The position numbers were made by a program, and so were the translations under genes. Source: Armatimonadota bacterium (GTDB taxonomy: Bacteria; Armatimonadota; Fimbriimonadia; Fimbriimonadales; ATM1). From it: a stretch of 64,000 bases of DNA. The notes beneath the pieces are model-generated. The model was given only the letters and a program-made list of their open reading frames with translations, ran no database searches and was not told the origin of the DNA. This document shows, piece by piece, positions 36,772 to 46,381 of this stretch (position 1 is its first letter; the number at the start of each line of letters is the position of its first letter). The DNA lies in assembly GCA_021324165.1 (NCBI GenBank), contig JAJPJR010000022.1:11168-75167 (forward strand), in the 5' to 3' direction.

Positions 36772-38496
36772 ATGACACGAGAGATTATCGTCAACGTGAG
36801 TCCGCGTGAAACGCGGACTGCGGTTTTGGAAGACGGAAGTTTGATGGAGTTGCGCGTTGAGCGTGAAGAGCGCGTCGTCGGCAGCATTTATAAAGGGATT
36901 GTGCAGAATGTGCTTCCGGGAATGGACGCGGCGTTTGTGGATGTTGGATTGGAGCGCAACGCGTTTTTGTATGTTGCTGACATTCTGCCCGACGATGATT
37001 TGGACGGCGAAAGTCCGGCGAGCATCAAACGGTCCGACCTTCGCCGCCGGCAGATTAAAAATCTTTTGAAGCCGGGTGAAGAGATCATGGTGCAGGTGAT
37101 TAAGGGCGCGCACAGCACCAAGGGCGCACGCGTTTCAAGCCGGATTTCTCTGCCAGGAAGATATGTGGTGTTGGTGCCGAACGGAAACCACGTGGGAGTG
37201 AGCCGAAAAATCGAAAGCCGCGAAGAGCGTGAAAGGTTGAAAAAAATCGGCGACAAAATCAGACCGGAAGGTTTTGGCTTGGTGCTGAGAACCGAATGCG
37301 AATCGCGCACAGAAAGAGAACTCCGCGCAGATGTCAAGTACCTGGTTGCGTCGTGGGAAAGAATCGAGCAGAATTCGCGCAGCATGCGCGCTCCGGCTTG
37401 CGTTTATCGCGACCAAACGCTGCTCTATCGCACGCTTCGCAACATGCTTGCCGAAGACATCAACCGCATGGTGATTGACGATCCCGATGAATACGAAAAA
37501 GTGCACGCCATCGCCGAGATGATTTCGCCCAATTTGAAAGGAAAAGTGCAGTTGTATGATGGTGAAAGCCCTGTGTTCGATACGTATAACATCGAACGCG
37601 ACCTCGAAAAACTTCTGAAGCGAAAGGTGTGGCTGAAATCGGGCGCTTATCTGGTGATTGATGAGATGGAGGCGATCACCGCCATTGACATTAACACCGG
37701 CAAAAACGTGGGCTCGACGAACCTGAACGACACGATTCTCAAGGCGAACTTGGAGGCCGCCGAAGAGGTGGCTCGGCAGCTGCGCCTGCGCGATATGGGT
37801 GGAATCATCGTGGTTGATTTCATTGATATGGCCTCGGCCGCTGACCGCAAAAAAGTGTTGACCGAGTTTTCCAACATTTTGAAGCGCGACCGCGCAAGAA
37901 CGCGCGTGGGCAAAATCAGCAGTTTGGGATTGGTGGAACTCACCCGAAAACGCACCGAAGAGTCCATCACCGAAGCGCTCACCACTGCCTGCCCAACGTG
38001 CGAAGGCGTCGGGCGGGTGCCGAGCAGCGAAACCGTGTCGCTGTGGGTGGAACGGGATTTGCGGCGCGCATTGCAAGAGCCGGGTAATGCATCGCTCGTT
38101 GAATGCCACAGCGATGTTTGCGAAGCGATCATCGGCACCGACGGCGCAAACATCGAAAACTTGGAACACACTTTGCGAAGGGCGATTTATGTTCGAGCGA
38201 ACGATCAGTTAGCGCACGATCAGTATTCCATCGAAACCGGCATGATGGATGACATCGAGGCGAGGGCGATGGGTTTCCGCCGCGCTCAAGTGCTCGAATG
38301 CAACGTTCGGCAAAGCAGCCTGAGCGGCCTCACGAAATCCGTCGGCTGGACAGATTCGGGATATTACATCGAACTCACAGGAGGCGAAGAACACATCGGC
38401 AAGCGAGTGAAAGTCTGCTTGGAAGATATCCGCCGGTCTTTCGCCGTTGGCAGCGTGATTCTTCAAGGCGCCATGCGCAATGGGCATCAAGATTGA
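36772..38496 (+). CDS. rng: Ribonuclease E/G family endoribonuclease
   Basis: The S1 domain reads GSIYKGIVQNVLPGMDAAFVDVG. Further motifs are AITAIDINTG, GGIIVVDFIDM and the CPTCEG zinc link. The start is taken at MTREIIVNV (36772). Confidence 0.85.
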   Translation: MTREIIVNVSPRETRTAVLEDGSLMELRVEREERVVGSIYKGIVQNVLPGMDAAFVDVGLERNAFLYVADILPDDDLDGESPASIKRSDLRRRQIKNLLKPGEEIMVQVIKGAHSTKGARVSSRISLPGRYVVLVPNGNHVGVSRKIESREERERLKKIGDKIRPEGFGLVLRTECESRTERELRADVKYLVASWERIEQNSRSMRAPACVYRDQTLLYRTLRNMLAEDINRMVIDDPDEYEKVHAIAEMISPNLKGKVQLYDGESPVFDTYNIERDLEKLLKRKVWLKSGAYLVIDEMEAITAIDINTGKNVGSTNLNDTILKANLEAAEEVARQLRLRDMGGIIVVDFIDMASAADRKKVLTEFSNILKRDRARTRVGKISSLGLVELTRKRTEESITEALTTACPTCEGVGRVPSSETVSLWVERDLRRALQEPGNASLVECHSDVCEAIIGTDGANIENLEHTLRRAIYVRANDQLAHDQYSIETGMMDDIEARAMGFRRAQVLECNVRQSSLSGLTKSVGWTDSGYYIELTGGEEHIGKRVKVCLEDIRRSFAVGSVILQGAMRNGHQD

Positions 38497-38571
38497 TGGT
38501 GAGCCGAGTGGGGATCGAACCCACGACCCACGGCTTAAAAGGCCGTTGCTCTACCGCTGAGCTACCGGCTC
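38497..38571 (-). tRNA. tRNA-Lys (anticodon UUU), CCA encoded
   Basis: The reverse complement reads GAGCCGGTAGCTCAGCGGTAGAGCAACGGCCTTTTAAGCCGTGGGTCGTGGGTTCGATCCCCACTCGGCTCACCA. I folded the cloverleaf by hand. It has a 7-bp acceptor stem (one G-U pair), D arm GCTC/GAGC, anticodon loop CTTTTAA and T arm GTGGG-TTCGATC-CCCAC. Confidence 0.9.
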
Positions 38572-38610
38572 AATCCAGAGGCCGCACATTCTACCGGATG
38601 AAAGCGATTC

Positions 38611-39636
38611 GTGAGTAACGGGACGAAAGGAATCGAAAAAATCTGGCTTTTGGAAAGCCCAGCCTCGCGCATCGCATCGCTTGCGATGGTTCCGCTTTCG
38701 TGGCTTTATGCTGCGGGTTGGAAACTGTATTTGGGCACATATCGTGGGGGGCTGAAACGGCGCAAACGTTTTGATGGGCTGAAAGTTGTGGGCGTTGGAA
38801 ACCTTCTGGTTGGCGGAACGGGAAAAACGCCCATCGTGATCGCGCTTGCTTCGCTTCTGAAGTCGCGCGGCGTTGATGCGGCGATTTCGGTGAGCGGTTA
38901 TGGCAGCCCGAGTTCTCGATCGGCAGCGATCGCGCCCGAAGGCGAACTGAATCCTGATGTGCACGGAGATGAAGCGTGTTTGATTCGCGAAAACCTGCCG
39001 AACGCGGTCATTTTTTTGGGCAGAGATCGAGTCAAGGCCGCGCAGCTCGCCGCGCAGCGCGGTGTGGAGCTGCTGATTTTGGATGATGGTTTTCAGCATC
39101 TGCCCCTATTTCGCGATGTTGACATCGTGGTTTGGAGCGGCTTCGGCGCCAACAAGCGGTGCCTGCCAGCCGGGCCTTTGCGCGAGCCGCTCTCCGGCCT
39201 CGATCGCAGCGACGCGGTTTTCGTTTCCCAGCCTGAAAGCGGCCTTCCCGATGTTCAGGCTGCAAAGTTTGGGTTCAAAAGAGTCTCACAGCAGATCGCT
39301 TCGCTGGATGCGGATCCGGTTCCCATTGATTGGCTCGCAGGCCGCAGCGTGGACATCTTGTGCGCCATTGCGCGGCCCGATCGGTTTGAACAGTCGGTGC
39401 GTGCGCTTGGCGCGATCGTCAAGAATCGGTACTATCTGCGCGATCACGATTCGATGCAAAACCTTCCGGCCGCGCTGCTGCAAGATGCGGAGACGCCGTG
39501 CATCGTAACCGAAAAAGACGCCGTGAAACTGCGGCGGCGCGGGCTTTGCAAGCAGAAGTTTTTTGTGCTGAAATCCACAGTTGAATTCGATGAACCTGAG
39601 GCGGTTTACAGTTGGCTGATCGAAAGAGTTCGCTGA
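38611..39636 (+). CDS. lpxK: Tetraacyldisaccharide 4'-kinase
   Basis: It has VGNLLVGGTGKTPIVIALA and LILDDGFQH. Confidence 0.85.
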   Translation: MSNGTKGIEKIWLLESPASRIASLAMVPLSWLYAAGWKLYLGTYRGGLKRRKRFDGLKVVGVGNLLVGGTGKTPIVIALASLLKSRGVDAAISVSGYGSPSSRSAAIAPEGELNPDVHGDEACLIRENLPNAVIFLGRDRVKAAQLAAQRGVELLILDDGFQHLPLFRDVDIVVWSGFGANKRCLPAGPLREPLSGLDRSDAVFVSQPESGLPDVQAAKFGFKRVSQQIASLDADPVPIDWLAGRSVDILCAIARPDRFEQSVRALGAIVKNRYYLRDHDSMQNLPAALLQDAETPCIVTEKDAVKLRRRGLCKQKFFVLKSTVEFDEPEAVYSWLIERVR

Positions 39637-40532
39637 AACGGCGGTTGGGATACAGGTTAGGCGGCATGCTGCTTTCGGCTGGCATGGGGCTGGCAAAAAT
39701 TCTGCCGCTTTCATGGTGCGATTCGTTGGGTAAGGGCGCCGGCAAACTGGGGTTTTATCTGAATCGCAAACACCGAACGCGCTGCATATCAAATTTGCGG
39801 ATGTGCTGGCCCAATTGGAATTCCGAACAAGTCCGCGCCACGGCGATGGGAGTGTTCCGGCATTTCGGCAAAACCGCGATGCGATTTCTTGCAAGCGGAA
39901 AACTCGAAAAGTCCCAGATCCTGGATTCGGTTGCGGCATTCGATGACAAGCCGATTTTCGATGCTCACGCCGAAGGAAAAGGCGTGCTTCTGATCGGGGC
40001 GCATTTCGGAAACTGGGAAAGAGCTGCACAATATCTTACGGCCAAAGGGTTTCAAGTGAGCGTGGTTGCGCGAAACGCAAACGACGCGCGGACTACAGCA
40101 AAAGTCAACAAAACGCGCGAAGGGCACGGGCTTGAGGTGCTCGCGCGCGGCAATGCAGCCAAAGAGATTCTGCGCGCGCTGCGCAATCAAAGACTCGTGG
40201 CGATTCTTCCCGATCAGAATGCGTCCGATGTTTTCGTTCCGTTTTTTGGTTTCATGGCAGGAACGGTTTCTGGCCCGGCTGTCATTCATTTGCGTACGGG
40301 CGCTCCGATTGTGATCGTGATGCTGTGGGAACGAGAAGACGGCCGCTACGAAGGGTACTCAAAGCGATTGATTGTAGAAACCGCGGCTGAGGATCGAGAA
40401 AAAAGCGTCGAGGCGATCATGACGCAGATCAACAAGGAGATCGAGGCGGCGGTCCGCGAACACCCAGAACAGTGGCTTTGGATGCACGATCGGTGGAAAA
40501 CCGCCCGCGAGCGGGGACTTCTGAATGCCTGA
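39612..40532 (+). CDS. Lipid A biosynthesis late acyltransferase (LpxL/HtrB family, LPLAT)
   Basis: It has NLRMCWP, then GAHFGNWE (HX4E-type motif), then ILPDQN. It follows lpxK. The start is uncertain (39612, 39645 or 39666). Confidence 0.75.
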   Translation: MADRKSSLKRRLGYRLGGMLLSAGMGLAKILPLSWCDSLGKGAGKLGFYLNRKHRTRCISNLRMCWPNWNSEQVRATAMGVFRHFGKTAMRFLASGKLEKSQILDSVAAFDDKPIFDAHAEGKGVLLIGAHFGNWERAAQYLTAKGFQVSVVARNANDARTTAKVNKTREGHGLEVLARGNAAKEILRALRNQRLVAILPDQNASDVFVPFFGFMAGTVSGPAVIHLRTGAPIVIVMLWEREDGRYEGYSKRLIVETAAEDREKSVEAIMTQINKEIEAAVREHPEQWLWMHDRWKTARERGLLNA

Positions 40533-41469
40533 ACGCGTGTTGATCATTCGGTGGTCGGCAATGGGCGACGTTGTGATGGCGCTTCCGGCGGCGGCATCGG
40601 TGAAGGCCAGCGGCGGTCATTCCACCGCCTGGATGATTGATTCCAGGTTTTCAGAACTTGTGTCTGATCACCCTGCAATCAACAGTGTGTTTCAGTTCAA
40701 CCGCTCGCGTTACAAAAGGTCGTGGATGGCGCCCTGGCTGTGGCGGCGTCAGATTCTGGCTTATCGCTCGGTTCGCGCTTTTGCGCCCACAATTGCGCTC
40801 GATCTTCAAGGTCATTCCAAAACCGCGATTGCGCTGAAGTTTTCTGGTGCACCCATTCGCGTGGTGTTGGATCCGAAAGATCTGTTGGCAAAAAAAATGG
40901 CAAACCGCATCATCTGTTCCCATTCAGGCACGCACGCCGTCGTCAGAAATCTTGATGCGGTTCAGGAATTAGGGTTCGCTTCAAGAGTGATCGCTTTTGA
41001 CGTTCCGTTCGAAAAGCAGATCGAGCCTCCACCGCATTTTATTTCGATTCACTTGGGGGGCACGCATTCAAAAAAGATTTGGCCGGTCGAAAACTTCTGC
41101 GCCGTCGCCCAGAAACTGAAACTCCCAGTTGTGCTGGTTGGCGGATCGAACGAACTGCACGCCGCACAGCGGTTTGAAGCATCCGCGTCAGCGGCGATGA
41201 ACTGCGTGGGCAAACTCAGCCTGCGGGGACTGGCTTACGTTCTTTCAAAAAGCAGCCTGCATATCAGCGGCGATACCGGCACGGCGCACATCGCGGCGAG
41301 TTTCGGCGTCAAGTGTGTTACGCTTTTCGGCCACATGCCCGCCTGCGAATACCACGTGTGGGGCCAGCCTGAAGCCGTGATCGAGTCGGACGGAGATGTG
41401 CGCTCGATTCGGCCCGAAAAGGTGCTGAAAAAAATCGAAGAGCGTTTGGGTGAGCAAAATGCCAACTAA
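40525..41469 (+). CDS. Glycosyltransferase family 9 (LPS heptosyltransferase-like) I
   Basis: It has RVLIIRWSAMGDVVMALPA, then HLGGTHSKKIWP, then SGDTGTAHIAASFG. Confidence 0.8.
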   Translation: MPERVLIIRWSAMGDVVMALPAAASVKASGGHSTAWMIDSRFSELVSDHPAINSVFQFNRSRYKRSWMAPWLWRRQILAYRSVRAFAPTIALDLQGHSKTAIALKFSGAPIRVVLDPKDLLAKKMANRIICSHSGTHAVVRNLDAVQELGFASRVIAFDVPFEKQIEPPPHFISIHLGGTHSKKIWPVENFCAVAQKLKLPVVLVGGSNELHAAQRFEASASAAMNCVGKLSLRGLAYVLSKSSLHISGDTGTAHIAASFGVKCVTLFGHMPACEYHVWGQPEAVIESDGDVRSIRPEKVLKKIEERLGEQNAN

Positions 41470-42412
41470 CCTGCTCCGCGTTCTTTTCATCAAGCTTTCC
41501 GCAATGGGTGACATCGTGCACGCGATGCCCTCTGCCATGGCCATTCGATCTCGATTCCCCAACTGCGATCTCCGCTGGGTGGTTCAAACCGAATTTGCCG
41601 ATCTGCTGAAGAATCATCCGGCCGTAAGCGGCATTATCGAAGTTCCAAAACGCCCCTCGATTGCCGACCTGATGCGTTTGCGAAAAACGCTGCGCGAAAA
41701 CGTTTTCGACTTCGCCTTGGACATGCAGGGGCTTTTCAAAAGCGCACGGATTATCGCCATGGCAAAAAGCAGCCGAAAGCTTGGGTTCCAATGGCAGCGC
41801 GAAGGTTCGCGGTTTTTTTCCAAGCCGATCAGAACTGATGCGCAGCACGTGGTGGATCAGTATTTGGCCGTTGCAGCAGCCGTCGGCGCCGATACCGCAG
41901 ATGTTTCGTTCGGCCTTGCTCCTATGCCAAGTGCGCTTGAATCGGCAAAAGCCAAACTGCAAGCGCTCGGCCTGCAAAAACCGATCGTCGCAATCAATCT
42001 GGGCGCCGGAGCCGAAGAGAAGCGCTGGCCGGCAGTTAAGTTCGGCGCGCTCGCAAAAGCGCTCATCTCGCACGGATGTTCGCCGTTCACCATCGGCTCG
42101 CCGAACGAACGCGAGCTGGCGGCGCAGTTGAACATCCCGTCGCTTGCGGGCCAAACGTCCATTGCCGAACTGGTCGGCGTGCTTTCGTTGTGCGACCTTC
42201 ACATCGGTGGAGACACCGGATCGGTTCACATCGCAACCGCGCTCGAAAAGCAGGTGGTTGCGATCATGGGGCCCACACGTCCCGAACGCAGCGGGCCGTA
42301 TCGCAGAATGGAATCCGTCGTGTATTCACCGTCGGGCAGCCTCGCCTCGATTTCGGAACAGGAACTGCTTGAAAAAGCGTTAGCGCGGCTGAAGCTCGTT
42401 CGAGAAATCTAA
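41450..42412 (+). CDS. Glycosyltransferase family 9 (LPS heptosyltransferase-like) II
   Basis: It has RVLFIKLSAMGDIVHAMP, then NLGAGAEEKRWP, then GGDTGSVHIATAL. ATG 41459 is an alternative start. Confidence 0.8.
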   Translation: MSKMPTNLLRVLFIKLSAMGDIVHAMPSAMAIRSRFPNCDLRWVVQTEFADLLKNHPAVSGIIEVPKRPSIADLMRLRKTLRENVFDFALDMQGLFKSARIIAMAKSSRKLGFQWQREGSRFFSKPIRTDAQHVVDQYLAVAAAVGADTADVSFGLAPMPSALESAKAKLQALGLQKPIVAINLGAGAEEKRWPAVKFGALAKALISHGCSPFTIGSPNERELAAQLNIPSLAGQTSIAELVGVLSLCDLHIGGDTGSVHIATALEKQVVAIMGPTRPERSGPYRRMESVVYSPSGSLASISEQELLEKALARLKLVREI

Positions 42413-43882
42413 CGATCCCTGGCCTGTGCGCACGGTTGCGAATGCGCCGACCTTCGGCCGCTCGAACATATCTTTTTGAACGTCTTCGGGAATCGGAATC
42501 GGATATTCGCCCGTGAAGCACGCCAAGCAGAACGTGTCTTTGGGCGATCCCACCGCTTTCACGGCGCCTTCTACCGAAAGATATCCAAGCGATGCGGCTC
42601 CGATCCGTTCGCGAATCTCATCAACGCTGAACTTCGCCGCCGCCAGCTCTTCTCTTCGCGCCATGTCAATGCCATAAAAGCAGGGATGACGAATCGGCGG
42701 CGCCGTGATGCGCACGTGCACTTCTTGCGCGCCCACTTCATACATCATTTTCACCAACTGTTTGGTGGTAGTTGCGCGCACGATCGAATCGTCAACCAAA
42801 ACGATTCTTTTTCCGCGAATGTGTTCTTCCAAAGGCGTGAGTTTCAGCCTGACGCCCATCTCGCGCATCCGCTGGTCGGGCTGAATGAATGTGCGATGGA
42901 TATACCGGCTTTTGATGAGGCCTTCGGCGTAAGGCAGACCGCTGACGCGCGAAAAGCCGATCGCCCCCGGAATGCCGGTATCGGGAACGGGCATCACGCA
43001 GTCGGCTTCCACGGGGTGTTCGCGTGCCAACTCTTCGCCCATGCGCTCGCGCACGACATGCAGCCGTGTGCCATACATTTTGCTGTCGGGCCTTGCGAAG
43101 TAAATAAATTCGAACATGCACATCGCGGGGCGCTGCGCGGTTTTGGGTTTCAAAATCCGCGGTCTGGATTCGGTAATGACAGCGATCTCTCCCGGCTGCA
43201 GTTCGCGGAAAAACTCGGCACCAACGGGGTTGAACGCACACGTTTCGCTCGCCACACACCATCCATCTTCCAGCCTGCCGATGGAAAGCGGCCTGATTCC
43301 ATTCGGGTCGCGAAATGCGGCGATCTGCTTGGGAGTCAGCACCACAACGCTGTAAGCGCCTTGAATCAGTTCCATCACGCTGCGAATCGCTTCGCCGATG
43401 TCTTCTTTAAACGTGCGCGATAACAGTTTGGCGATCACTTCGCTGTCGTTGGTCGTGTCGAAAATTTCGCCTTGAGCCTCAAGTTCGGCGCGGATCTGTT
43501 GAGCGTTGATCAGATTGCCGTTGTGAGCGACCGCAATGTCGCCCGTCATCGAAGTGCACGAAACCGGCTGGGCGTTGCGCTTGACGCTGGATCCGGTGGT
43601 GGAATACCTGTTGTGCCCGATCGCCATGTGGCCCGGCAAAGTTGCGAGAATCTCCTCGTCGAACACCTGCGAAACCAGCCCCATGTCTTTGTACATGCGC
43701 ACGCGCGATCCGTCGGAAACGGCGATGCCGGCTGATTCCTGGCCCCGATGCTGCAGGGCGAACAGCCCGAAAAACGCAAGACGGGCCGCTTCGGATTGCG
43801 GAGAAAACACTCCGAAGATTCCACACTCCTCCCTCGGCCGGTCGAATTCGGCGTCGAAGGCGTGCTCCATTGCCACCCTCAT
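42380..43882 (-). CDS. purF: Amidophosphoribosyltransferase
   Basis: It has ECGIFGVF (propeptide plus the N-terminal nucleophile Cys), then LQHRGQESAGI, then GHNRYSTTG, then the PRPP loop VLVDDSIVRATT, then the Fe-S cysteines CFYGID. Confidence 0.95.
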   Translation of the reverse strand: MRVAMEHAFDAEFDRPREECGIFGVFSPQSEAARLAFFGLFALQHRGQESAGIAVSDGSRVRMYKDMGLVSQVFDEEILATLPGHMAIGHNRYSTTGSSVKRNAQPVSCTSMTGDIAVAHNGNLINAQQIRAELEAQGEIFDTTNDSEVIAKLLSRTFKEDIGEAIRSVMELIQGAYSVVVLTPKQIAAFRDPNGIRPLSIGRLEDGWCVASETCAFNPVGAEFFRELQPGEIAVITESRPRILKPKTAQRPAMCMFEFIYFARPDSKMYGTRLHVVRERMGEELAREHPVEADCVMPVPDTGIPGAIGFSRVSGLPYAEGLIKSRYIHRTFIQPDQRMREMGVRLKLTPLEEHIRGKRIVLVDDSIVRATTTKQLVKMMYEVGAQEVHVRITAPPIRHPCFYGIDMARREELAAAKFSVDEIRERIGAASLGYLSVEGAVKAVGSPKDTFCLACFTGEYPIPIPEDVQKDMFERPKVGAFATVRTGQGSLDFSNELQPR

Positions 43883-43883
43883 A

Positions 43884-44693
43884 TTATAGCCTTTGTTGGC
43901 GTTTGTCGCGCTTCAACTGGGCATAGGCGTTGTGAGCGTGAATGGATTCGAAGTTCTCGGCCTCGATTTCATAAGAAACAATCCGTGGGTCGCGGTCAAA
44001 GGCGATGGCCGTCTCGCGGACGATGTCTTCCACGAAGCGCGGATTGTCATACGCTTTTTCGGTCACAAACTTTTCGTCCGGCCTTTTCAACACCGGATAA
44101 AGATCGCAAGAGGCGCACGATTCGATCGTTTCGATTATCTCTTCCAGCCACACCATGCCCGAGGTTCTCACCTTGACCCGCACTTCTCCGCGCTGATTGT
44201 GCGCGCCCCGCGAACTAATCTCTTTGCTGCAAGGACAAAGCGTGGTGACCATAACATTCGCCATGATGACGAAATCATCCTCGATTCCTCCTTTAGCATA
44301 GAACCCGCACTGATACTCCATCATTCCAGGGTTTTTTGTTACCGGCGCTTTCTTGCACATAAAAAACGGAAACATCACCTGCAAGTCAGAACGATCCGCA
44401 TCGAGCCTTTCGCGCAAACGGGCAAGAATCTTGGGGATTCCATGCACGCTCATTTCGTTTGCGTGTTCATTCAACACTTGCATAAAGCGGCTCATGTGCG
44501 TGCCCTTAAAGTGGTGAGGCAGTTCAACCGTCATGGACAAGGTTCCGATGGTATGTTGAATTCCGTTGGCGCGGTCTAACACCTGAATCGGATAACGAAT
44601 GCCGCGCACACCCACCCTGTCGAGTGCGATATTGCGCGAATCGGCGCTGGCCTGAACGTCTCGCAGGGATGCAGAATTATCGCTGTCAGACAT
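43884..44693 (-). CDS. folE2: GTP cyclohydrolase I type 2 (GCYH-IB, FolE2)
   Basis: It has DVQASADSRNIALDRVGVRGIRYPI and TTLCPCSKEISSRGAHNQRGEV. Confidence 0.85.
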   Translation of the reverse strand: MSDSDNSASLRDVQASADSRNIALDRVGVRGIRYPIQVLDRANGIQHTIGTLSMTVELPHHFKGTHMSRFMQVLNEHANEMSVHGIPKILARLRERLDADRSDLQVMFPFFMCKKAPVTKNPGMMEYQCGFYAKGGIEDDFVIMANVMVTTLCPCSKEISSRGAHNQRGEVRVKVRTSGMVWLEEIIETIESCASCDLYPVLKRPDEKFVTEKAYDNPRFVEDIVRETAIAFDRDPRIVSYEIEAENFESIHAHNAYAQLKRDKRQQRL

Positions 44694-44702
44694 CTTTTCG
44701 AG

Positions 44703-45398
44703 TTACTCCAAGGTTGTGCCGTTGATAATCAACCGAAACGAGTATCCTAAAACCTCGGCGCTGGCGCGGCACATAACCATTCGAGAAAGGAAGATTTCAA
44801 AATACTCAATCAGCGTTGCAAATTTTGTGTCAATCTCCAGTTCCAGCACAATGTCGTGCGTGTTGGCCATTTCGATTCGGCTTTTCTGGACGGCATAGTT
44901 TACTCGGTCGTGAATGTCAAAAGTTTCGAGCACGGGGTTTTGAACTCTGGAATAGTGGACGTCGCTCTTGTCGGCGATAATCAGCGCGGCGCTCATCCGG
45001 CTGATCGGCTGGCCCTCGTTCTCTTCGTGATTTCCAATTGCGCCGATAATCGGCACAATTTCATGGTTCGGCATTCCCGCATCGCGCAAAATGCTTTCTG
45101 CCAAAAGCGCGCCGATCATCGGGTGAACAATCCGGTTCACCACGTTTCCAATGTCGTGCAGATAGGCGGCGATCGCTCCCAGTTCCTGCTCGCGTTCGGG
45201 CGCGCCCGCATGTTGAAGAATGTAGCGCGTCATTCCGCTCACAATCTGCGCGTGCCGCGTTCCGTGCTCGGTATATCCCATCGAGCGCAAAAGTTCGTTG
45301 GCGCCTTCGATATAATCTTTCACGCGGGGATAGTTGCGAACCTCTTTCAGCGTGATCGGCGCAGGTGCCCCTTCAATCATGTGCAGATTATGAGACAT
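44703..45398 (-). CDS. HD superfamily metal-dependent phosphohydrolase, specificity unknown
   Basis: It has HGTRHAQIV, then AAYLHDIGN, then GNHEE, then ADKSD. It lies 9 nt upstream of folE2 on the same strand. Confidence 0.7.
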   Translation of the reverse strand: MSHNLHMIEGAPAPITLKEVRNYPRVKDYIEGANELLRSMGYTEHGTRHAQIVSGMTRYILQHAGAPEREQELGAIAAYLHDIGNVVNRIVHPMIGALLAESILRDAGMPNHEIVPIIGAIGNHEENEGQPISRMSAALIIADKSDVHYSRVQNPVLETFDIHDRVNYAVQKSRIEMANTHDIVLELEIDTKFATLIEYFEIFLSRMVMCRASAEVLGYSFRLIINGTTLE

Positions 45399-45427
45399 TC
45401 GGCCATCCGAAGGAATCCCAGGACGAA

Positions 45428-46381
45428 ATGAATCACGAAACTTTGCTTTGGGTGGCGTTCAATCTGGTGGTGGTTGCGCTCATGGCGCTCGATCTTGGCG
45501 TGCATTCGCGCGGCAAACACGAAGTGAGCCCCAAAGATTCCTTGCTGTGGAGCGCAGGCTGGATGCTGGTTGCGCTTCTCTTCAATTTGGGAATCTGGCT
45601 GTGGTGGCCGCAGCCGGTTCAACCCGGAGACTTGAAGCCCGGCGATGCCGCAATGCAGTTTTTCACCGGCTACCTGATCGAACGCGCCCTGAGCATTGAC
45701 AATCTCTTCGTTTTCATCGTCATTTTTGCGCACTTCAGAGTTCGAAAAGCCGAACAGTTCAAAGTGCTTTTTTGGGGAATCATCGGGGCGCTTGTGCTGC
45801 GCGCCGTGTTCATTTTTGGCGGAGCGGCCATCATTCACCGTTTCGAATGGACGATATTTCTGTTTGGAGCGTTCCTTGTTTATACGGGCATTCGGCTTGC
45901 GCTGGAAAAGAACAAAGAGATCGAGGTGGAGAACAACCCGATCATCAAGTTCCTCAATCGCCATTTGCGAACGACGGACAAATACCACGGCGGCAAATAC
46001 TTTGTAAAGATAGATGGAAAACGGTTCGCAACGCCTTTGGTAACGGTTCTCGCCGCCGTGGCTGTTACCGATCTGGTGTTCGCGCTGGATTCCATTCCGG
46101 CGATTTTCGCAGTTACGCGCGATACGTTTATCGTTTATTCATCCAACATCTTTGCGGTGCTCGGTCTTCGAGCGCTGTATTTCGCGGTTTCGGAACTGGT
46201 TCAAAAATTTCACCTCCTGGCCTACGGATTGGCGGTGGTATTGGTGTTCGTCGGGGCAAAAATGCTGCTGCAGTCGGTGCTCGAAATCGGCGTGGCGGTT
46301 TCGCTGTTTGTGGTTGTGGGTGTGCTGGTTGCGGCCGTCGTTGCGTCTTTATTGTGGCCGGCCAAAAAGGGAGCAAAATGA
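45428..46381 (+). CDS. TerC family integral membrane protein
   Basis: It has FFTGYLIERALSIDNLFVF and VTDLVFALDSIPAIFAVT, the duplicated TerC motifs. The start is taken at MNHETLLW (45428). Confidence 0.85.
   Translation: MNHETLLWVAFNLVVVALMALDLGVHSRGKHEVSPKDSLLWSAGWMLVALLFNLGIWLWWPQPVQPGDLKPGDAAMQFFTGYLIERALSIDNLFVFIVIFAHFRVRKAEQFKVLFWGIIGALVLRAVFIFGGAAIIHRFEWTIFLFGAFLVYTGIRLALEKNKEIEVENNPIIKFLNRHLRTTDKYHGGKYFVKIDGKRFATPLVTVLAAVAVTDLVFALDSIPAIFAVTRDTFIVYSSNIFAVLGLRALYFAVSELVQKFHLLAYGLAVVLVFVGAKMLLQSVLEIGVAVSLFVVVGVLVAAVVASLLWPAKKGAK

Noticed and set aside
45399-45427. I looked for a yybP-ykoY (Mn) riboswitch upstream of terC, a preQ1 riboswitch upstream of queC and an S-box upstream of the YitJ-type gene.
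   Set aside because: The upstream spaces are too short (29 nt, an overlap, and 27 nt respectively) to hold these RNAs.
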